This document shows, piece after piece, positions 26,776 to 35,800 of a DNA stretch of 64,000 nt. The DNA is from Candidatus Poseidoniaceae archaeon. Lineage in GTDB: Archaea; Thermoplasmatota; Poseidoniia; Poseidoniales; Poseidoniaceae. Under the pieces are notes generated by a model. That model was not told the DNA's origin, made no database searches, and worked only from the letters and a program-made list of their open reading frames with translations. Numbering within the stretch: the stretch's first letter is position 1; each line of letters begins with the position of its first letter. Position numbers and translations under genes: made by a program. The stretch lies in contig JAPKCS010000001.1 of NCBI GenBank assembly GCA_028822845.1, forward strand, positions 68,416-132,415, read 5' to 3'.

Positions 26776-27513
26776 ATGATGAAAACAAGACAAATCAACA
26801 AGAACAAACCATATTATGTGGCCCCCGGCCCCATAGAATCAATGCCTAACGAACCCGATGTACAAAAATCTCGCAATGAGAAGTACCTCAAAGCACTTCA
26901 AACGTTGGCTGAAAAAGATCCAGAAGGTTTCTCAAACCTTGCCCCAGAATTGATTAAAAGAAGCGTCTGGAACCTTAGAGGCCCAGATCCATATTTTTCA
27001 GAGAAACTCGAAAACTGGTTTAAAATTGCTTACAAATGGGAAGATTTCGGAGAAATTCTACCCAAAGATGCCCACATCACGAAGCGAATAGAAGTCGATG
27101 CACCGAGAAAAGAAAATTTACCAGAACTCCAATCCTTGTTTCTATCAAAACTCGAACAGAAATTTTCAGGAGACCACCAACGGTGGGACGCCCCAACTCG
27201 AGACCAATACATCATCCTCGGCATGCTCGCCATGGAGGGCCGCTCAGGCGTCCGCCAGGGGAAACTAGCTCACTTCTTGGGCAACGGCCTCGATGGAATT
27301 GGTGGTTTACCGAGTTCGAATGCTATTCGTGCAGCAAAAATCGCATTAAGCCGACACGCCAAACCGTTGCAGCTCTTCGCTCCAGCAAAAGGGAATGGAG
27401 TGGAACGCCTTCACTCGTTTGCAGACGCAAATTTAGCAGATCTTGTCGCCCGTTTCGTGCTTTCAAAAAAGGCTTCAATCCTCCTACCTCCATCGATGGT
27501 CCAAGCCCGATAA
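26776..27513 (+). CDS. 245-aa Lys-rich protein of unknown function, inside an AT-richer segment
   Basis: Strong SD GGAGGTGAT 4 nt upstream of the ATGATG at 26776. The ORF track extends back to 26701 (TTG). No recognisable domain. Confidence 0.5.
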   Translation: MMKTRQINKNKPYYVAPGPIESMPNEPDVQKSRNEKYLKALQTLAEKDPEGFSNLAPELIKRSVWNLRGPDPYFSEKLENWFKIAYKWEDFGEILPKDAHITKRIEVDAPRKENLPELQSLFLSKLEQKFSGDHQRWDAPTRDQYIILGMLAMEGRSGVRQGKLAHFLGNGLDGIGGLPSSNAIRAAKIALSRHAKPLQLFAPAKGNGVERLHSFADANLADLVARFVLSKKASILLPPSMVQAR

Positions 27514-27855
27514 CACCCCCGCACATCGCGTCGCGCTCTTCATATAGGGTTGGTTCGTTCCAAATGTTAGAGGGAACACTGGGTTCCCTATGACCTACCC
27601 GTGAAAAACGATGCATTCGGAGGAACACTACAAGCAAGTAAACAAGGAACTAAACCGATGGACTGCGAGTCAGTCCAGTGCGCACTATCGCTCAAGCGAC
27701 GCGCCCGGAAACCCCCTTGTTACTTCCTTGAACAGCGGCATGAATCAGTGCGCAGCATCGTTGACATCCCAGAATTGTTATCCCACTCAGTGGGCCAATG
27801 ATCTGGAGAGAGAGAACAGCGGGTTCTCTGTGTAAAAACAACCAAAAAATAGGAA

Positions 27856-29589
27856 GTGAAAAACATGAATGATAAAAAAATAATGAGCGTGCTAATTGCA
27901 ATGTTCCTTGCTCTCTCTGCAGTTTCTGCAGTGAGCGGTGACGGATCTGACCCACTCGACCCATCTGATGGTGGCGCCGATTGGGACGGTGACGGTCTCA
28001 CCAACTCTGAGGAACAGAACCAAGGCACCAATATGAACAATGCAGACAGCGATGGCGACGGACTACCCGATGGTTGGGAAGTTGCGAACGGCCTCAACCC
28101 GACCAATGGCGGCGACGGAAATGCAGACCCTGACGGAGATGGCTTGACCAACTCCCAAGAATATGCAAAGGGTACCAACCCTAACAATTCCGACACCGAC
28201 GGTGACGGTAAGGCCGACAACGTTGACTCGTTCCCGAACGATCCGAACGACGGTGAATATTCCGACTCCGACGGTGACGGTATCCCAGACGCCTACGATC
28301 CAGACTTTACCGAGTCTGACTCCGGCGCTGGCGATGGCGACACTGAAGGCGGTGGCGAATCTGATGCCGGTACTCCTAACGGACAAGGACAAGGACAAGG
28401 ACAAGGACAAGGTCAAGGCCAAGGACAAGGCCAAGGACAAGGACAAGGTCAAGGACAAGGTCAAGGACAAGGACAAGGACAGGGCCAAGGACAAGGACAA
28501 GGACAAGGACAAGGACAAGGACAAGGCCAAGGACAAGGCCAAGGACAAGGTCAAGGACAAGGTCAAGGACAAGGTCAAGGTCAAGGACAAGGACAGGGAC
28601 AAGGACAAGGTCAAGGCCAACAACAAGGCCAGGGCCAAGGACAACAGGGTCAACAAGGTCAGCAAGGTCAGCAGGGACAGCAAGGTCAGCAAGGCCAGCA
28701 GGGTCAGCAAGGACAGCAAGGACAGCAGGGCCAACAAGGTCAGCAAGGTCAGCAAGGTCAGCAGGGTCAGCAAGGTCAGCAACAAGATAACGGCCAAGGT
28801 CAACAACAGCAAGGCGGCGAACAAGGCGGCCAGCAAGGAGACCAAACCAGCGAAAACCAGAACGGTGAAAACCAAAATGGTCAGAGCGAGCAGCAGCAAG
28901 GTCAAACCCAAAATGGTCAACAAGGCCAACAGGGTCAACAAACCGAGCAGCAGCAAGGTCAACAACTTGACAACCAAGCTGAAAACGGCGAAAACGACAA
29001 CGACGGTGACGGCATCCCTAACGATGTCGACAACGACGATGACAACGACGGTATCCCTGACAGCGTTGACGAGACCCCAATGGATCACGACAACGATGGA
29101 CTTGATGACAGCGAGGACTCCGACGACGATGGTGATGGTATAGACGATTCTGAAGAAGTTCAGGACGGCGACCCCAACTCCAACATCTACGACCACGACA
29201 ACGACGGCATCTCCGATGCTGTTGACCTCGACATCGACAACGATGGCATTGACAACCGAAACGACATGGACGAAAACGGCGCGGATCTCTCCCGTGACCA
29301 CGACAACGATGGCATGGATGACGCTGTTGACACCGATGACGACAACGACGACATTCTTGACGTCGATGAAATCAATGGTGGCACCGGTACCTACCGCTAC
29401 GACCATGACAACGACGGAATTTGGGATGCAACCGATAACGACGACGATAACGACGGACTTCTCGACTGGTTCGAGCAGAACGACGGTAACTCGCTTACCG
29501 GTCAATTCGATCACGACAACGACGGACTAGACGACAACGAAGATGCTGACGACGATGACGACGGCATTCTCGACGTACTCGAAGTCTGA
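27856..29589 (+). CDS. Secreted Ca-binding repeat protein: signal peptide, TSP3-like DxDxDG repeats, a (GQ)n/(QQG)n low-complexity linker, and about 10 more DHDNDG repeats. No membrane anchor.
   Basis: Signal MSVLIAMFLALSAVSAVSG. Repeats DGDGLTNSEE, DSDGDGLPDGWE, DTDGDGKADNVD, then about 40 GQ units, then DHDNDG(I/L/M)(D/W)D repeats. SD AGGAAGTGA sits upstream. Confidence 0.7.
   Translation: MKNMNDKKIMSVLIAMFLALSAVSAVSGDGSDPLDPSDGGADWDGDGLTNSEEQNQGTNMNNADSDGDGLPDGWEVANGLNPTNGGDGNADPDGDGLTNSQEYAKGTNPNNSDTDGDGKADNVDSFPNDPNDGEYSDSDGDGIPDAYDPDFTESDSGAGDGDTEGGGESDAGTPNGQGQGQGQGQGQGQGQGQGQGQGQGQGQGQGQGQGQGQGQGQGQGQGQGQGQGQGQGQGQGQGQGQGQGQGQGQGQGQGQQQGQGQGQQGQQGQQGQQGQQGQQGQQGQQGQQGQQGQQGQQGQQGQQGQQGQQQDNGQGQQQQGGEQGGQQGDQTSENQNGENQNGQSEQQQGQTQNGQQGQQGQQTEQQQGQQLDNQAENGENDNDGDGIPNDVDNDDDNDGIPDSVDETPMDHDNDGLDDSEDSDDDGDGIDDSEEVQDGDPNSNIYDHDNDGISDAVDLDIDNDGIDNRNDMDENGADLSRDHDNDGMDDAVDTDDDNDDILDVDEINGGTGTYRYDHDNDGIWDATDNDDDNDGLLDWFEQNDGNSLTGQFDHDNDGLDDNEDADDDDDGILDVLEV
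28381..28790 (+). repeat. In-frame microsatellite: about 40 copies of GGMCAR (encoding Gly-Gln), then about 15 copies of a 9-nt CAGCAAGGT-like unit (Gln-Gln-Gly)
   Basis: Directly visible as ggacaaggacaaggtcaaggccaa..., with synonymous third-position variation. Confidence 0.9.
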
Positions 29590-29641
29590 AGTTAGACGGA
29601 TTGAACATCGTAACCACCGATGCTGAGGTATCGGGTGAGCC

Positions 29642-29683
29642 GGAGACTCGGAGGGTTCGCCCTCCGTGTCTCCCTTTTTTTTT
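29642..29683 (+). terminator. Intrinsic-type terminator: 14-nt GC-rich stem (one T.T mismatch), UUCG tetraloop, then T9
   Basis: ggagactcggaggg-ttcg-ccctccgtgtctcc-c-ttttttttt, 53 nt after the stop of the 27856..29589 gene. Confidence 0.6.
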
Positions 29684-29792
29684 CTTCAAACAAGTGTTGC
29701 ATGACCTGCTTTAACGCTGAATTTCAAAACCCTCTTGGCGATGATACGCAATTGAGTCTGTGATACACAAAGCATCGACCGCGCCATCCCTT

Positions 29793-29800
29793 TGAAATAG
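29793..29800 (+). promoter_or_regulatory. TATA-like box (TGAAATAG) about 40 nt upstream of the ATG at 29838, with SD AGAGGTG in the leader
   Basis: tttgaaatagggcatgacggtgcaaaggtgattccagaggtgcctatATG. Confidence 0.3.
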
Positions 29801-29837
29801 GGCATGACGGTGCAAAGGTGATTCCAGAGGTGCCTAT

Positions 29838-32800
29838 ATGCTTTCGAACGTACAAAACGAAACCCTGCAAACCCGCCAAAAGCTCACAATGTCATTGACG
29901 ATTGTATTCTTGATGCTCTCCAGCACCCTTCTCGCTGTGGTTCAAGATTTCAGTTCCGAAGATATGGTCGAAATCACCGGCTTCCAAGAAGGCCAGCGTG
30001 TTGGGCAAAGCATTGCCCAATCCACCACCCAAGGCGGCCAAGGCGACTGGAACGGCGATCAAGATCCGTGGCACAACTCCAACCACCCCTCCGTCACTGA
30101 TTTGATGTGGTCCGACCCTGGTGTGATGTCTGGAATCATCACCGATTTGAGTGCCATTGAAGCCCTCGCACCTGCCTACTCTCTTTACCTCGAAGAATCA
30201 AACACAAACGATCACGACAACGATGGAATCAATGATTTGGCCGATCTCGATGACGACAACGATGGAATCTATGACTTGCTTGAGCGATTTGACGGATGCT
30301 ACGGCACCAACCCATTCGATCACGACAACGACGGTATCCTCGATGCGGATGACTGGGATGACGACAACGATGGAATCCTCGAAGGTCCTCTCGACATCGC
30401 TGCCCTGGAAGCGCTCGGCCTCGATCCGATCAACGTGACCACAGACCGCCGACTTGACGAATTCATTATCCATCCGTGGACTGGAGACCCAGTTGGGGCC
30501 TTCTACCTCGCCGACCAGAACCCAATGGATCACGACAACGACGGCGTGACCGACGAAGATTCCGATGGCTCAGGCCCCGGCCGCTACGATGAAGACGATG
30601 ACAACGACGCTCGAATTGATCAATTCAAGTGGCCTTGCGATCTTGATAGCGACGGCATCCAAGATTACTTCGACAACGATGACGACGGTGACGGCGTAGA
30701 CGACGTTACCGACTCTCACCCATACGACGCCTCCATTACTTCGACTCATGTTGAAGCAGGCAACCTTTACGATGCAGCCGTGAGTTGGGATTTCAATTCC
30801 TACCGAGTGTATTCCGGCGGTGTGAACTTCCTCAACGCTGAATTGAACCGAGTGAACGCAGTTACTGCACCCTCAGTCACTTCAACTTCCCCAAATGGCA
30901 TTCCAGCCTTCACAACCATCATTGATGGTGATCTTGACGGCGACATGATTCCTAACTTTATCGATCCTGACAACGACAACGACGGTACACCCGACAGCTC
31001 GGATACAGATGATGACAACGATGGAATCCTCGACATGTCTGACCCCGATGACGACAACGACGGTATTCACGATGTTTGCATCAATATTGACGTCAACGGC
31101 GATAATAAGGGCGACTACAACGGTTTGCTTAACGGCGAATCAACAGCATTAGACGCAAGCACACTTGCATCTGGTCTGGGCTACGTAACCTCCACAGGCG
31201 TTGCCACCTCTGCTCAATCAGGCACCGGTATGACGGTCGATATCGTAGCAAACGCCGCCTCTGGTGGCGAAGTAACTTCGGTGACCATCAACGCAGCTGG
31301 ATACGGCTACTCAGTTGGAGAGCAAATTTCCGTGACCGGTGGCAACTCCGGAGCCTCCATTGACGTAGCGAGCGTTACGACCATCAATTTCGAAACACCC
31401 GGTGCGGATGGCGATGGCGATGGAAACATCGACTGTGAAATCGATTACGATCAAGACCTCGACGATGACCGCCTCAGGCCATTCGATCAAAACTACAACG
31501 CAATCTACGACTGGTTGGACGCTGACATGGGTGGCACGACCTCACCTGATAACCTCGGCGACATCACTGTAAGCGGCGATGCAAGCAACTTCGAATATGA
31601 TTTGGACGACGATCAAATCCAGAACGAAAACGATTCATTCCCACTCGATAAAACCTCCGAGGTTGCCACATGGAACTGCCCGACAATGGCTACTCCGAAC
31701 CCAACAAACCCGGATCCGCGGTGCATCACGCGACGTGCATCTTTCTCTCAGTTTAACGACTGGGATGGCGATGGCATTGCAAACTGGGACGACGTCGATG
31801 ACGACGGTGACGGGATCATTGACGTTCTTGACATCGACTGGGATTGTGACCTCGATAACGATGCAGATCTTCACGCTATCAACGGTGCACTCTACCGTGA
31901 CGATGGTCCAAACTCCATCGATTCCGACATCGACGGTGACGGTCTTGAAAACTCCATCGATTGGGACGATGACAACGATGGAATCGCAGATTTGTACGAT
32001 CCAGATGACGGTAATTGTGGAACGGTCGATTACGATCCAAGCGATGCCTTCGCTCGTCCTTTCTATCCAGTTGATGACGGCGGTACCCTTGACGGAAGTC
32101 AAGACAGCACCCCCTACATCGACAACGCTACAGACCATTGGAACCTCCTCTTCTGGCACAATCCATTCAGCGATGTCGTCCTAAACTACAACGGATACGA
32201 CGCGACCACTTCTCCGGCGACCCCGGGGACTGTTCCGGAATTCTACTGGTTCATGTTCGCACGCTGGTCCTCATACAACGGAGGAAACGACTGGGACATC
32301 GACGCCGATGGCGACTCCCTAACCAACGGTCTTGATACTGACCAGGATGCCGATGGTTTACCCGATTGGTGGGATCAAGACGAATCCAATGACGGTGTGA
32401 TGGACGTCGACGATCCGAAGATGGGTGGTTCCTTCAATTTGTCACAGTGTGGCTGGACAGCTGGAAACCTCGGTAGCGGCTTTGCCTGCGGCTACGCTTA
32501 CGCTACAGCATACCACATGCCTCTAAATGGCATCAACGCCCAATTCGGCTCTCCATATTCCACGCGCCCCGATGCTTTTGTTAATCAAGGCGCCACTCCA
32601 GGTGGGGCGACAAATAACTGGAGTTGCACCCCTGGTGCCCAAGGCGGTTGCTACCACTACGATTTCGGAGGCGACGGCACCATTGAATCAGGTATTTCTC
32701 ATGTTCAAATGACCGATAACAGGGACGCTTTCGTCACCTGGGTGGGTCTCTCGACAGGACTTTGGCAATGGACCTCCGATAACGGACCTATTGCTGACTT

Positions 32801-35800
32801 CCCTGACGAATTGGGCGCTGACTTGCTTAAGAACGACGTGGACGGCGACGTTGATGGTGATTTCACCAACATGACAGTCGATCTGGACAACGATTACGAT
32901 TCTGTCTATGATTGGTACGATGTCGACGATGATAACGACGGTATTTGGGACTATTTCGAAATAGACTCGGACGACGATTACGACAACGATGCTGGCCAAG
33001 AGAACGGCAATTTCTTCAGCGGTACGAACTGTGACGACAACGACGATGACGGAAACGATGCTGACATCGACAATGACGGTTTCTTCCAAGCAGTTTGGGA
33101 TCAAGGAATCATGTCACAAGGTCTTCGCGAACCCGCTCTCTATGACGTCGATAACGACAACGACGGCGTCCCTGACGCCGAAGATACAGACGACGACAAC
33201 AACGGTATCCTCGATGTCGATCAGGAACTCCTTCCTGGTTGTTTCTGGGGCGAAGAATCCTCACCATTCGACCATGACAACGACAACATTGTCGATTGGG
33301 CAGACGATGATTGGGACGGCGATGGCATCGCAAACGACGTCGAGTTGGCCATCAGTCTCACTCGAGCCTTTGACCACGATAACGACGGCACACGCGACGA
33401 TATCGACGAAGACGACGATGAAGACGGTATGAAAGACGAAGACGAAGTGCTTCTTTGGCCAACCCGTTTCGATCGCAACTCAACCAATCCTTGGGACCAC
33501 GACGATTTCGGCAACGGAGAAGGCATCGCCAACACCCTTGACCTCAACACAGGTCCAGACGGCATCGATCAAGACGACGACAACGATTCGCGCAACGATC
33601 TTGACTTCGATCACCTTGAGGAAACGTTCACCAGCACCCCTTGCTACAATGGCGGGGAATCCAGCGACTGGGACAGCGACAATGATTGCAACCTTGATCG
33701 GGATGACAAAGCCCCGACCTTCATCACGCTCAATCTACCAAACAACCTGTGGCTTGATGCACAAGCCCCAGCAATATTCAGCGGGCACGTCGACTGGGTC
33801 AACCCAATCACCGGCCAACTTGAAGCAGCAACAGGGCTCCCTGTCCAAGTTCACATCGAGTGGACTGGAAACAACACGACAGCGATCGAAACAATCGACG
33901 TCCTCACCACCGCTTCAGGAAACTTCAGCGTTGGGCAGTTCCTCTATCCAGAGGACCTCACAGTGGGTGACAACACAACCTACAGGGTCTATGCAGAAGT
34001 TACAGAGATGTTTGCCTTCAACGGCAATCAATCTCAGTCATACTATGTTGGCGCAGAAGCCAACTTGACTGCTGACATCTTCATGAACGGTTACTTCCGA
34101 AGCGATGAACAACCATTCTGGGTTGACATGTGGTCCTACTACACTGCCGACATTCAACGTGGAATTTTCGACAACCTCGTCCCAAGCATACCCATGACCT
34201 TCTCGGTTCGTGGTGGCATCTTTGGTAACCTCACTCACCCGACCAACTTCACAGGTCTAGGTGGCGATGGCTATCGAAGCGGACCATCTGGTTTGGTATC
34301 CGTTACCTTCGTGCAAGACATCGGTATCAACGGCGTCTGGAAGCAAATCAAATGGAATTCCACTCGAGATAACGGTGTAGGAAAGGTGCCAGGCGGTTAC
34401 GAAGAAGTCGCTTGGAACTCAAACACCAACATGCTTGAGCCGTTGCTTGACAGTACTGGAAGCATCATCGAATATGATTATACCAACACAAGTTTACCTG
34501 CTGGCGATTACGAAGTCACAGCAAGTGTTCGTCCAGAAATCGCAAGTGAATGGCCATTCCCGTACCTCCACGGCGACGATACAGAACCACAATCCATCCG
34601 TGTCATGCATCGTATGAACATCGAGGCACAAATGATCTTGGAAGGAATCAATCCAGTCTTCTACTATGATGCAACCATCAACAACGGGGACGGAAGCTTC
34701 GGTAACTGGGCAACATTGTTCCACCAAGAAGCCCTCAACGGTGCGAACCTCAATTTCAATGACGTTTCGAAGGCTAAACCATACCCAACCAACTGGGATG
34801 GTGCGCCGGCATCATTGCTTGGTGAGGCCGCAAACCTCCGCAATTTCATCAGCACAAATTCCACACACTGGTTCATCAACCTCGTCAATGGTGGCGACGG
34901 TGACTTGCCCCCTTGTGGTGCAGTTGATCCAACAGACCCACTTAGCGAAGTGCGATGTGAAATTGTTCCAGAAATGAACACAGGAGACTCCCTCCAAATC
35001 ATTGGTTCAGTGACCAACCGCACCAACGATGCTTGGGATGCAGACCCAGTCGCTCTTCAAGTCGACGTCGATGGCAATGGGCAATTCTTGGGTGCGGGTG
35101 AAACTGCATACACGCAACGTCCGATCATGAACAACGGTGTTGCAGAGTTCGACTACAACTGGTCCTGGTACAGCCAATACGGTTCTGGAACCTACGGCAT
35201 GCGTGTCGATTTCACCAATTCTGCATACTACTTTACTGGAAACAGTTCAACCCTTGCAGCAACTGGTGCGTACATCAACGTCACTGTCGTAGGGACAACT
35301 GACTTCCAAACAACCTCGTTGCCTCGCTTGTATCGAAACAGCAGCACAACGATTCAGGCAAAGTTGGTTGACAACTCCTTGCAACCCGTACGCAATGTCC
35401 CTGTGAATTACACGTGGTCTGCGGATGGGCGAAGCGGTGTCAATTACACCGATGAAAATGGTTTCTTCGAAATACCGTTTAACATCTCAGCTCAAGATTC
35501 GCTCGGCAACTTTAGCTTGCAGTTTGAGTTTGCTGGAACGCCGTTGCTCAAAGGCAACACCATGGTCCAGGAAGTCTGGGTTGTTTCGAGAACCTATCTT
35601 TCTGTCATTACGGCAGATCCGAACATAAGACAATCAGGTGACCGATGGGATTTCACAGCTCAAGTTGTGGACGACAATAAGACCTCCATACGCGATGCAG
35701 GCGGGTCAGCTCTTGACGGAGCCAACTCCGGTCTGGTTGACGTGATCTTCGAAGGCACTGATTTCAGTGGCGTCTTCTACCGACAAGTGGTTGCCACCCT

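Noticed and set aside
28381-28790. Possible CRISPR array or other non-coding repeat
   Set aside because: The unit is 6-9 nt with no spacers. It sits in frame within a protein (GQ/QQG codons) and its flanks are coding. It is a microsatellite, not a CRISPR.
28063-29514. 483-aa minus-strand ORF antisense to the TSP3/(GQ)n gene
   Set aside because: Its translation is pure low-complexity (LSLSLT..., VVVV...) generated by the in-frame repeats on the plus strand. It has no start context, and the sense strand has a signal peptide and coherent domain repeats.
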